Origin: Candidatus Omnitrophota bacterium
Lineage (GTDB): Bacteria > Omnitrophota > Gorgyraeia > Gygaellales > JAMWDD01
Assembly (NCBI GenBank): GCA_028717645.1
Contig: JAQUNK010000003.1
Location: 13,486 to 77,485 of the forward strand
Length of the DNA stretch: 64,000 nt
Direction: 5' to 3'
A model generated the notes under the pieces. The model was not told where the DNA came from. It did not search any database and saw only the letters and a list, made by a program, of their open reading frames with translations. Positions 20,434-29,558 of the stretch are shown here, one piece after another. A program made the translations under genes and the position numbers. Every line of letters starts with the position of its first letter. The first letter of the stretch is position 1.

Positions 20434-21251
20434 GAAACGACATTTTAGTTTTAGGCAAAGGTTTTATCGGTTCGCGGATCCAGAAAGAATTCGATTGCGC
20501 GGCAACGGACAAGATGATCACTTCTTTTAATGACGCTGAGAGTGAAATTAAAAAATTCAACCCGAAGATGATCATCAATTGTATCGGCTATATCGGAAAG
20601 AACGTGGATGAATGCGAACTGAATAAAGATACGACCCTCACGGCCAATACTTTTATCCCGATTATCCTGGCTGAGGTAGCGTTGCGTAATAATATCCGGC
20701 TGGTGCATATTTCCAGCGGCTGTATTTACCATTACGATTATGACAAAGATCCGCCGCTTGCAGAAGACCGTGAACCCGATTTCTTCGAACTTTTTTACAG
20801 CCGTACCAAGATCTATTCCGAAAAAGCGCTGGAAATACTGGCTAAAAAATACCCCATACTCATTGCCCGGATCAGGGTTCCCCTGGATGATGTGCCCGGC
20901 CCGAGAAATATCCTGAACAAGCTGATCAGCTATCGCAATAACATCATTGATATCCCCAATTCGATTACTTATATACCCGATTTTGTCCGGGCGCTAAAGC
21001 ACCTGGTCGATATAAAGGCCACGGGCATTTATAATTTAGCGAATAAAGGGGGTTTACGCTATCCGGAACTGCTCGATGTTTATAAGAAGTATGTGCCAGA
21101 TTTTCAGTACAAGGTAATAGATTATAAAAAACTGAACATAGTCAGGACCAACCTGATCTTGTCCGTGAAAAAGCTCCAGGACAGCGGTTTTAAGGTCAGG
21201 GATATACACGAGGTGCTCGAAGAATGCGTAAAAAATTACCTAAAATATTAG
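20430..21251 (+). CDS. NAD(P)-dependent sugar-nucleotide reductase/epimerase, RmlD-like
   Basis: Rossmann motif GKGFIG. SDR-type protein of 273 aa placed between rfbA and rfbB. Confidence 0.5.
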   Translation: MRNDILVLGKGFIGSRIQKEFDCAATDKMITSFNDAESEIKKFNPKMIINCIGYIGKNVDECELNKDTTLTANTFIPIILAEVALRNNIRLVHISSGCIYHYDYDKDPPLAEDREPDFFELFYSRTKIYSEKALEILAKKYPILIARIRVPLDDVPGPRNILNKLISYRNNIIDIPNSITYIPDFVRALKHLVDIKATGIYNLANKGGLRYPELLDVYKKYVPDFQYKVIDYKKLNIVRTNLILSVKKLQDSGFKVRDIHEVLEECVKNYLKY

Positions 21252-22213
21252 TCACCGGAGCTGCAGGGTTCATTGGCAGTGCCTTTGCCAGGCTGGCGGT
21301 AAAAAAGGGATATAAAATTACCGTGGTGGATAAACTTACCTATGCCGGTGATCTGGCGCGCCTGGCCCAAATAAAGGGTAAATATAAATTTTACAAGGCG
21401 GATATCTCTGTGCCTAGGGAGATGGAAAGCGTATTCAGAAAGGAAAGGCCTGAGGTCGTGGTTAATTTTGCCGCTGAATCGCATGTGGACAGGAGCATAA
21501 AGGATCCATCCGCGTTTATCAAAACGAACATTGCCGGTACGCAGATCCTCTTGGACGCTGCAAAGAAATACGGTGTGGCAAAATTTATCCATATTTCAAC
21601 TGACGAAGTGTATGGCGACATTAAGAAGGGCAAGTTCCATGAAGATTCGCCTTTAAAACCGAGCAGCCCATATGCGGCTTCCAAGGCAGCAGCGGACCTC
21701 TTGATCAAAGCATACGTGCGGACCTTTGATTTTCCTGCAGTGATCATCCGGCCGTCCAATAATTACGGCCCCTGGCAATACCCGGAAAAACTCATTCCTT
21801 TAAGTATCTTAAAGATATTACGGGGAGAAAAGATCCCGGTTTATGCCCGTGGTAAAAATATCCGTGAATGGCTTTATGTGGAAGACTGCGCAAAAGGTAT
21901 TCTGAAAATTATGCAAAAAGGCAGGAAAGGCGAGGCCTATAACTTAGGTAGCGGCGCAGAAAAACAGAATATCCAGGTGGTCAGGGCCCTGCTTAAGGAA
22001 TTAAACACTCCTTCAGACAGGATTTGTTTTGTCAAGGATAGGCCCGGACACGATATAAGATACAGCCTGGATCGGCGCAAACTTATTAGAGAGATAGGCT
22101 GGAGCCCGGAAACAGAATTCAGCCAGGGCATCAAACAAACCGTAGGCTGGAGCCTTGGACAAAAGAAATGGCTCTTGAGCAAATGGGCGGGTGTTACCCG
22201 TTTATATAAATGA
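21224..22213 (+). CDS. rfbB: dTDP-glucose 4,6-dehydratase
   Basis: [14 protein letters not shown], the YAASKAAAD catalytic YxxxK and STDEVYG. Length 329 aa. Confidence 0.9.
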   Translation: MRKKLPKILVTGAAGFIGSAFARLAVKKGYKITVVDKLTYAGDLARLAQIKGKYKFYKADISVPREMESVFRKERPEVVVNFAAESHVDRSIKDPSAFIKTNIAGTQILLDAAKKYGVAKFIHISTDEVYGDIKKGKFHEDSPLKPSSPYAASKAAADLLIKAYVRTFDFPAVIIRPSNNYGPWQYPEKLIPLSILKILRGEKIPVYARGKNIREWLYVEDCAKGILKIMQKGRKGEAYNLGSGAEKQNIQVVRALLKELNTPSDRICFVKDRPGHDIRYSLDRRKLIREIGWSPETEFSQGIKQTVGWSLGQKKWLLSKWAGVTRLYK

Positions 22214-22473
22214 TCTGGACATTTATCGGGATTGGCGCTGCAGCTTTGACCACGTTCGCTTTTGTGCCTCAGATCATCAAGGCTACGAAGACCAAATGCG
22301 TGGAAGATTTTAGTTTGGTTACCCTGTTACAGCTTAGCTTGGGCGTTTCGCTATGGGTTGTCTATGGGGTATATTTAAAAAACGTGGTGATTATTGTTGC
22401 CAATTCCGTAACCCTGGTGAGTTTGATCGCATTGTTATTTTTTTATTTTTCTTTTAAAAAGGAGAACAAATGA
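22210..22473 (+). CDS. SemiSWEET / PQ-loop family small membrane transporter (3 TM)
   Basis: 87 aa with three hydrophobic helices. A PQ motif (FVPQIIKATK) follows TM1. Confidence 0.6.
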   Translation: MIWTFIGIGAAALTTFAFVPQIIKATKTKCVEDFSLVTLLQLSLGVSLWVVYGVYLKNVVIIVANSVTLVSLIALLFFYFSFKKENK

Positions 22474-23462
22474 AAAAGGCTCTGATTACGGGTATCACCG
22501 GGCAGGATGGTTCATATTTGGCAGAGCTGCTTTTGGAAAAAGGATATGAGGTACACGGGATCACCAGGCGCGTGGCACTGGAAGACCCGGAACACCGTCT
22601 TTGGCGGATCAGGCGTATCCTGAAGGATGTAAAATTGCATTCTGCTTCTTTAGAAAGCTATGCCAGCATATTCAACGTCGTTCAGAATGTAAGGCCTGAT
22701 GAATGCTATCACCTGGCTGCGCAGAGTTACGTGAGTTATTCCTTTGAGGATGAATTCTCTACCATCAATACGAATATCGACGGCACGCATTATATGCTCT
22801 CGGCCATAAAACACAACGTACCTAAATGTAAATTCTATTTTGCCGGTTCCAGCGAAATGTTCGGCATGGTAAAAGAAACACCCCAAAGCGAAACTACGCC
22901 TTTTCATCCCCGTTCACCTTACGGCCTGTCCAAAGTAGCGGGTTTTTACCTGGCCCAGAATTACCGCGAGGCCTATGGGATGTTCGCTTGTAATGGCATC
23001 CTTTTTAACCACGAGAGCCCGCGCCGGGGCCTGGAATTCGTCACCCGTAAAATTACCAATGCCGTAGCAAAAATAAAATTAGGCCTGAGCCAGGAACTGA
23101 AACTCGGCAACCTGGAGGCAAAAAGGGACTGGGGCTTTGCTGCGGATTACGTCAAGGCTATGTGGCTGATGCTGCAGCAGGATAAACCCGAGGATTTTGT
23201 GATCGCCACGGGAGAGGCACATACGGTGAAAGAATTCGTAGATGCGGCATTCGGCTATGCCGGGCTTAAGCCCGATAAATATGTAGTATTGGATAAAGAG
23301 CTGTACCGTCCGGCAGAAGTGAACATATTGATGGGCGATTACAGCAAGGCAAAGAAGAAACTGGGCTGGGAACCATCGATCAGGTTTAAAGAGCTGGTCA
23401 AGATGATGGTTGATGCGGACCTGGAAATACTCAAAGAAAACAAAGACAAGAGCAGGATATAA
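22470..23462 (+). CDS. gmd: GDP-mannose 4,6-dehydratase
   Basis: MKKALITGITGQDGSYLAELLLEKGYEVHGI is the canonical Gmd N-terminus. Also SPYGLSK and NHESPRRG. Confidence 0.9.
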   Translation: MKKALITGITGQDGSYLAELLLEKGYEVHGITRRVALEDPEHRLWRIRRILKDVKLHSASLESYASIFNVVQNVRPDECYHLAAQSYVSYSFEDEFSTINTNIDGTHYMLSAIKHNVPKCKFYFAGSSEMFGMVKETPQSETTPFHPRSPYGLSKVAGFYLAQNYREAYGMFACNGILFNHESPRRGLEFVTRKITNAVAKIKLGLSQELKLGNLEAKRDWGFAADYVKAMWLMLQQDKPEDFVIATGEAHTVKEFVDAAFGYAGLKPDKYVVLDKELYRPAEVNILMGDYSKAKKKLGWEPSIRFKELVKMMVDADLEILKENKDKSRI

Positions 23463-23468
23463 ATTATT

Positions 23469-25595
23469 ATGACTTTGCCGTCAGTAAGCATTATCATACC
23501 GACATTAAATGCGGGGCGCACTATTTCCGAGTGTTTGTCAAGCATTAGCTCGCAGGATTATCCCAAAGATAAGATAGAGATAATTATCATAGACGGCGGT
23601 TCAACCGATCCTACGTTAGAGCTCGCCAGGGGCTTTGGCTGTATTATTATTAAAGATGAATCTTTGCGCAATAATCCCGAGGCCAGGAAGGCGATGGGCC
23701 TGGAACGTGCCGGCAATGATCTAGCAGCTTTTATCGATTCGGATAATATCCTTCCGCATCAGGGTTGGCTTAAGTCTATGGTTACGCCCCTCTTAGAGGA
23801 TAGCGAGATAATCGCCGTTTCACCGTTACGCTATCATTATGATAAAAATTATTCTCTTCTGAACAGGTACTTTGCCTTATTTGGTGTCAATGACCCGATC
23901 GCTTACTATTTTAATAAGCGTGACCGGCTTTCCTGGGCTGAAGATAAATGGAACATGCTGGGAGAGGCTATAGATAAAGGCGGTTATTTTTCCGTCAGGT
24001 TCCGGAAAGACAAACTGCCGACGCTCGGCGCAAACGGGTTTATCATCAGAAAAGATATTTTGAAGAAGGCCAGGGTGAGCCCGCAGGAGTTCTTCCATAT
24101 AGATGTCAACTACGACTTGGTCAGTTTAGGGTTTGATAAGTATGCCGCGATAAAAGGCGACATCATACACCTTAGCGCGGATAATTTCTTTTCGTTCCTG
24201 AAGAAGCGCCTGCGTTTTATGGAGCTTTACCACCAGAAAGATTATAGTTTGCGTAGATACCGGCTCTATGAGCCGAGGGATAAATTAAAATTATGCCTGT
24301 TTGTAATATTCAGTATTACTTTTATTAAACCTTTATATGATAGCATAAGAGGATTTAGCAGGGTGCGCGACTCAGCCTGGTTCTTGCATCCACTGATGTG
24401 TTTTGCCATTCTGGTTACCTATGGTGTTGCTACGGTTGAAAATACCATCTTGCCTTCGAACAGGCCGAAACAGGCAAAGGATCCGCAAGTGCGCAAGGCA
24501 ACTATGGTCGCTTTTATGAATTCATTTTCTCAAGGGTTAAGCGGCGGCGACCTCGTCTTCATAGAAACATTTTTAAGGGTGGCTGATTGCGATAAAGTGG
24601 TGGTAACTTCGCTTTTAGGCAAGGAATTGTGCGAGTCGAAGGGTTTGAGCGCGCGCTACCTGGTGACTTCGAAAGAAAAAGCATTCAGGAATGTGATCTT
24701 TACCTATATCTTACGTACGCTTAAGGCACTTTTTTTAAAGCTTGATTCCGGCAACAGCAAGATCTTGTATGCAAGTTCTGATTTTCTTCCGGATGTGCTT
24801 CCTTCTTTCTGGCAAAAGATTAAGGACCGGGATGCTTGCTGGGTGCAGAAGATATACCATTTGATACCGGCTAAAAGGCTTGTTCCGAATTTTGCGCAGA
24901 GATTGAGTTTTGCTTTGATCAGGCGCTGGGCTGACCTGGTCATCGTAGATAATTATTTACTGAAAAATGCGCTTATCCAGCGGGGTTTTAAAGAAGGATC
25001 AGTAAAGGTCAACTACCCGGGAATAGATACTACTTATTTTAAGACCATAGGTCCTTTAGCCAAACATTATGATGCGGTTTTTTTAGGCAGGTTGCACCCT
25101 TCAAAAGGTATTTTTGACCTGATAGAGATATGGGGCAGGGTCTGCCAACAAAGGCCGGATTCCCGGTTGGTGATCGTCGGCACCGGCGACCCGAGGATAA
25201 AACAGGAATTAATGGTTAAAATAAACGGCCTGGACCTGACAAAGAAGGTAGAGCTGGCCGGATTTCTCCAGAATAAAGATGCCTTTCAAACAATGAAGGC
25301 AAGCCGGATATTCGTTTTTCCCAGCCACGAAGAAGGCTTTGGCATAGCCGTATTAGAAGCAATGGCCTGTGGCCTGCCGGTGGTGGCCTGGGACCTGCCG
25401 GTTTTCCGCGAGGTATTTCCCGAAGGCATGGTCAGGGTGGGTATGGGCGATACTGATAAGTTCGCAGAAGAAGTTCTCAGGCTTTTAAAAGATGAAGGTG
25501 CTTACGCAGAGTTGGCGTCTCAGGCCAAAGAGGTATCATCAAGATACGAATGGGATAAAGTTGCGCGCAAAGAACTGGATATGATCTATGCCTAA
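23469..25595 (+). CDS. bifunctional glycosyltransferase, N-terminal GT2 fused to C-terminal GT4 (GT-B)
   Basis: The N-terminus has VSIIIPTLNAG...IDGGSTD. The C-terminus has the retaining GT4 motif EEGFGIAVLEAMACGLPVVA. Length 708 aa. Confidence 0.75.
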   Translation: MTLPSVSIIIPTLNAGRTISECLSSISSQDYPKDKIEIIIIDGGSTDPTLELARGFGCIIIKDESLRNNPEARKAMGLERAGNDLAAFIDSDNILPHQGWLKSMVTPLLEDSEIIAVSPLRYHYDKNYSLLNRYFALFGVNDPIAYYFNKRDRLSWAEDKWNMLGEAIDKGGYFSVRFRKDKLPTLGANGFIIRKDILKKARVSPQEFFHIDVNYDLVSLGFDKYAAIKGDIIHLSADNFFSFLKKRLRFMELYHQKDYSLRRYRLYEPRDKLKLCLFVIFSITFIKPLYDSIRGFSRVRDSAWFLHPLMCFAILVTYGVATVENTILPSNRPKQAKDPQVRKATMVAFMNSFSQGLSGGDLVFIETFLRVADCDKVVVTSLLGKELCESKGLSARYLVTSKEKAFRNVIFTYILRTLKALFLKLDSGNSKILYASSDFLPDVLPSFWQKIKDRDACWVQKIYHLIPAKRLVPNFAQRLSFALIRRWADLVIVDNYLLKNALIQRGFKEGSVKVNYPGIDTTYFKTIGPLAKHYDAVFLGRLHPSKGIFDLIEIWGRVCQQRPDSRLVIVGTGDPRIKQELMVKINGLDLTKKVELAGFLQNKDAFQTMKASRIFVFPSHEEGFGIAVLEAMACGLPVVAWDLPVFREVFPEGMVRVGMGDTDKFAEEVLRLLKDEGAYAELASQAKEVSSRYEWDKVARKELDMIYA

Positions 25596-26583
25596 AACAA
25601 TAGATATCTGTATGCCGACATACAACGGCTCGAAATGGATCAAAGAGACTTTTTCCAGTATTTTTAACCAGAGTTTCCAGGATTACCGGATCATAATTTC
25701 CGACGATAATTCTACGGATGATACGCTGGAGGTTATTTCCAGCATCAAGGATAAACGGATCAAAGTTTACCGCAATCTCCAGAACTTAGGATACGGCAGG
25801 AATCTGCAGCAGTTAAGGAAACTCTCCAGTGCGGATATTATTTTTTTAATGGGCCAGGATGATATCCTTTTAAAGGATGCGTTGCTCAAGACATATAATG
25901 CGTTTTCTTTAAGCGAAGAAATAGGCGCGGTGACCCGGCCGTATTACTGGTTTGACGAAGACCTGCGCAGGCCGGTAAGGGCAGTGCTGCCGTACAGCGA
26001 AGAAAAAGACGCGGCCATTTCCGTGCTTGACGGCAAAAAGGAAACCCTGAAGATCTTTGAGTCGGTCGGACAGCTCTCGGGCCTGGCTTACCGCAGGCAA
26101 TATATGGATACGGATTTTCACAGCGATGTTTTTCCGGCGCATATTTATCCGTTTGCCGCGATCGCCAAAAAATATAAAATAGTCTTTCTTAAGGATTTTA
26201 CCATTGCCGTCAGGATCGCCTCGAGCCAGACGAGGTTAGAGCCCCGGATATACAGCATTTCTCCGGTGCTTAGCTGGGTGGAGATGTTTAACGATGTTTA
26301 TAAGGAGCCTGAATACGCCCAGGTCCGCAGGGACGGCATCGAGCAAATATGCACCCATTTTATGGGCCTGGTGCAATTAAAGAATTACAGTACTTATAAG
26401 AACCTGCTTAGGGAGATCCTGATCATGGCCAAATTATGGCCCAAGAATTTGTTAAATATACAATTCTGGTTTTTTTCTTTGGGTGCGCTGGTCGTTCCCC
26501 GCCGGATATTAAGATGGATGGCGGATAATTATAAAAGGCGTATCCTTTCCAGGAAACTGGAGAGACTTCCGATACAATTATAG
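25588..26583 (+). CDS. GT2 glycosyltransferase
   Basis: DICMPTYNGSKWI...ISDDNSTDDT are GT-A motifs. Confidence 0.7.
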   Translation: MPKTIDICMPTYNGSKWIKETFSSIFNQSFQDYRIIISDDNSTDDTLEVISSIKDKRIKVYRNLQNLGYGRNLQQLRKLSSADIIFLMGQDDILLKDALLKTYNAFSLSEEIGAVTRPYYWFDEDLRRPVRAVLPYSEEKDAAISVLDGKKETLKIFESVGQLSGLAYRRQYMDTDFHSDVFPAHIYPFAAIAKKYKIVFLKDFTIAVRIASSQTRLEPRIYSISPVLSWVEMFNDVYKEPEYAQVRRDGIEQICTHFMGLVQLKNYSTYKNLLREILIMAKLWPKNLLNIQFWFFSLGALVVPRRILRWMADNYKRRILSRKLERLPIQL

Positions 26584-26590
26584 GATACTT

Positions 26591-27262
26591 ATGGGGATGA
26601 TCACAAAGATATACCATAATAAACTCGTAGGGAAGGTGTTCCACACCTTAAATTATTGCCTGCAAAATGAGCTGAAAGACTGCCATAGCGTCTTAGACTT
26701 GGGTTGCGGGCCGTATTCGCCTTTACAGCATTGTAAGAACGTCGAATACAGCGTGGGCGTAGAAGCCTTCGGCCCGTATTTTGAAGAATCGAAAAAAAAT
26801 AAGATCCACAGCGAATATATTTTCGCAGACCTGCAGAAGCTTGATTTCGAAGAAAAACGTTTTGATGCCGTGATCATGATCGAAGTCTTGGAACATTTGT
26901 CCGAAAAAGAGGGATTGGCTATGCTGGAGAAAGCGCAAAGGTGGGCAAAGAAAAAGATTGTTGTAACTTCGCCCAATGGCTTTATTGCGCAGAAAGAAGT
27001 AGATAATAACCCTTTGCAAAAACATCTTTCCGGATGGGACTACCAGAAAATGAGGAAGTTGGGATTTAATATACACGGGCTGGCCGGCTTAAGGTGTTTA
27101 AGGCGGGAAGTCCAGAACGATACAATGGACGATGATCTAATGACCTCAATACGCTTTCAGCCTCGGCCGCTGTGGTTCTTACTGGCAGCGTTAAGCCAGA
27201 CAGTTACCTATTTTATGCCGCAGGCAGCTTTTGAGCTCTTTAGCGTAAAACGGATGGGATGA
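26591..27262 (+). CDS. class I SAM-dependent methyltransferase
   Basis: VLDLGCGPY motif I and a downstream acidic-loop motif. Confidence 0.65.
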   Translation: MGMITKIYHNKLVGKVFHTLNYCLQNELKDCHSVLDLGCGPYSPLQHCKNVEYSVGVEAFGPYFEESKKNKIHSEYIFADLQKLDFEEKRFDAVIMIEVLEHLSEKEGLAMLEKAQRWAKKKIVVTSPNGFIAQKEVDNNPLQKHLSGWDYQKMRKLGFNIHGLAGLRCLRREVQNDTMDDDLMTSIRFQPRPLWFLLAALSQTVTYFMPQAAFELFSVKRMG

Positions 27263-27265
27263 AAA

Positions 27266-27826
27266 ATGGTTGACCAATTGATAAAGTTTTGTTTATTTTT
27301 ACTTTCTTTGCCTTTTCGTTTTAGGTGTAAGCATGTGGCTCGTTCGGCAATGATCGGGCCGGGGTATTCCTTTTTCGGCTGCAATCTGGAGAATGTCACG
27401 ATCTTAGATAACGTAAAGATCGGTTCGGGTGCCTGGATCCAGACGGTAGTTAGGGAAAAATCACCGAAACCTGCGGTAATCATAGCCGAAAATACCAATA
27501 TCGGCAGGAATGTGGTTATTTCTGCGGCAAAGAATATCACTATCGGGAAAAATACCCTTTTTTCTTATGCAGTATCCCTGATCGACCACAATCATGCTTT
27601 TGAAGACACGAATATTTCTCCTTTATACCAGGGTATCGACGATCCTGAAGATATCGTTATCGGGGAAGATTGTTTCATCGGCGCCCATAGCTTTATCCTA
27701 AAAGGGGTGGTACTGGGAAAGCATTGCGTTGTCGGCGCGAATAGCGTGGTAGATACGTCTTTCCCCGCATATTCAGTGATCGCCGGTTCTCCGGCAAAAT
27801 TGATCCGCAGCCTTAAACATGGGTAA
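27266..27826 (+). CDS. hexapeptide-repeat (LbH) acetyltransferase, sugar N/O-acetyltransferase-like
   Basis: Imperfect hexapeptide repeats (IGxN.., IGKNTLFSYAVSL, IGAHSFILKGVVLG). Confidence 0.7.
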   Translation: MVDQLIKFCLFLLSLPFRFRCKHVARSAMIGPGYSFFGCNLENVTILDNVKIGSGAWIQTVVREKSPKPAVIIAENTNIGRNVVISAAKNITIGKNTLFSYAVSLIDHNHAFEDTNISPLYQGIDDPEDIVIGEDCFIGAHSFILKGVVLGKHCVVGANSVVDTSFPAYSVIAGSPAKLIRSLKHG

Positions 27827-28475
27827 AATGACGGCCAGAGAAAAATCAATTTACGATACTTTTAACCCTTATATTTTTGCGCATATTCCCAAAAGAACCA
27901 AAGTTTTGGATGTCGGCTGTGGTGTTGGCATCCTGGGAAAAATGCTGCGCAGAGATAAAGACCCCGTTTTTATTGCTGCTGTCGAAAAAGAAACGCAAGC
28001 AGGTGAATTCGCTAAGGATAGTTATGATAAAATCGCTATCTTAGACCTGGAAGAAGATAAGGTAAAGCTACCTTTTGAAGAGGCGTTTTTTGATGTAATA
28101 GTATGCGGAGATGTTTTAGAACACTTAAAGGATCCTCTGGTGGCATTAGTAAAACTTTCGCGCTATCTTTCGAAAGACGGTTTCTTTTTGATCTCTGTAC
28201 CTAATTTCGCTTTTTTATCGGTAAGGCTTGCTTTACTTTTCGGAAATTTAAATTATGCAGAAGCAGGTATACTCGATAGGAACCATTTACATTTTTTTAC
28301 CAAAAAAAGCATTATCGGGCTCTTAAGGGAAGCTAAACTTGAACCGTACTGGGTACGCGGATACAATTTGGTTAAACCCAGGTTTTATTTTCTGAAGGCG
28401 TTGGGATTCTTATCCCCTGGCCTTTTTTCGATCCAGTTTTTAATAAAAGCGAGAAAAGAAAACAACGATGGATAA
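27819..28475 (+). CDS. class I SAM-dependent methyltransferase
   Basis: VLDVGCGVGILG motif I. Length 218 aa. Confidence 0.65.
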   Translation: MGKMTAREKSIYDTFNPYIFAHIPKRTKVLDVGCGVGILGKMLRRDKDPVFIAAVEKETQAGEFAKDSYDKIAILDLEEDKVKLPFEEAFFDVIVCGDVLEHLKDPLVALVKLSRYLSKDGFFLISVPNFAFLSVRLALLFGNLNYAEAGILDRNHLHFFTKKSIIGLLREAKLEPYWVRGYNLVKPRFYFLKALGFLSPGLFSIQFLIKARKENNDG

Positions 28476-29553
28476 GCGTAGATCCGCCGCCATATTGGTC
28501 TTGAACTATAACTGCAGGCAATTCTTGAAGGATTGCCTGGATTCTGTTGCTGCTCAAACCTATAAGGATTTTTCGCTCTTTCTGATTGATAACGATTCTA
28601 GCGACGAAAGCCTCGCCTTCGTAAAAGAGAACTTTCCTTCGGTAACCATTATCCAGAATCCTGCGAATTTCGGCTTTGGTAAAGGGTTTAACAGCGGGAT
28701 CAGGCGCGTGCTCGATGGCTTTACTTACATTGCATTATTGAATGCTGACCTTAAACTGGAAAAAGAGTGGCTCGGCGAATCTATTAAGACGCTGGAGTCC
28801 GATTCCCGGGCGCAGGTCTGTTCCAGCCTTGTCCTGGATTGGGAAGGAAAGAACGTGGAAAGCGCAGGAGGCACGATCGTTAATTTATTGACCGGTATTT
28901 TTGGCGGGTTCCTTGCAGGCTTGCCGTTCAAAAGTTTACCCGCTGAATATAAAAACAAGGAATTCCCTGTTTTTTACGGGATCGCCAATGCTATTTTGGT
29001 CAGGTCCGGGGCCTTCAGAGAATTCGGCCTGTTTGATGAAGAATATTTTATGTATTTTGAAGATGTAGATTTTTCCTGGCGGGTCCTGATCTCCGGAGGA
29101 AAGGTTTTGTGTAACCCCAGGGCAATAGTTTATCATTTTGGCCACGGAGCGAGTACTTCGAAAAAACTCTCTTTAAAACTTCTCCAGCAGACCGAGACCA
29201 ATCTATTGGCAACTTATTTTAAGAATTTATCGACCCCGGATTTTTTATTACTTTTTCTGCCTTTAGCTGTTTCTAGGGCAATTTTTTCGCTATTTTATAT
29301 TTTTATTTCACCCAGGATCACCCTGACCAAAATAAAGGGGATACTTGTATTCGCATTGAGCCTTCTAAAAGGAAAATACAAAAAAGACCGGGCTTTTGTT
29401 TCCAGGATAAGAAAACTGAATGACCGCCGCATCCTGGCGATTAATCCGACTGGAATATTCTCCTTTTTATTTTTTACCTCTACGGCGCAAAATTGGTTCA
29501 GGACCATAAGGGCAGTATATAATAGAAAAGAAGGAGCAGCGGTTCTTCAGTAA
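28468..29553 (+). CDS. GT2 glycosyltransferase
   Basis: ILVLNYNCRQFL...LIDNDSSDES...DVDFSW. Confidence 0.75.
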   Translation: MDKRRSAAILVLNYNCRQFLKDCLDSVAAQTYKDFSLFLIDNDSSDESLAFVKENFPSVTIIQNPANFGFGKGFNSGIRRVLDGFTYIALLNADLKLEKEWLGESIKTLESDSRAQVCSSLVLDWEGKNVESAGGTIVNLLTGIFGGFLAGLPFKSLPAEYKNKEFPVFYGIANAILVRSGAFREFGLFDEEYFMYFEDVDFSWRVLISGGKVLCNPRAIVYHFGHGASTSKKLSLKLLQQTETNLLATYFKNLSTPDFLLLFLPLAVSRAIFSLFYIFISPRITLTKIKGILVFALSLLKGKYKKDRAFVSRIRKLNDRRILAINPTGIFSFLFFTSTAQNWFRTIRAVYNRKEGAAVLQ

Positions 29554-29558
29554 TTAAT

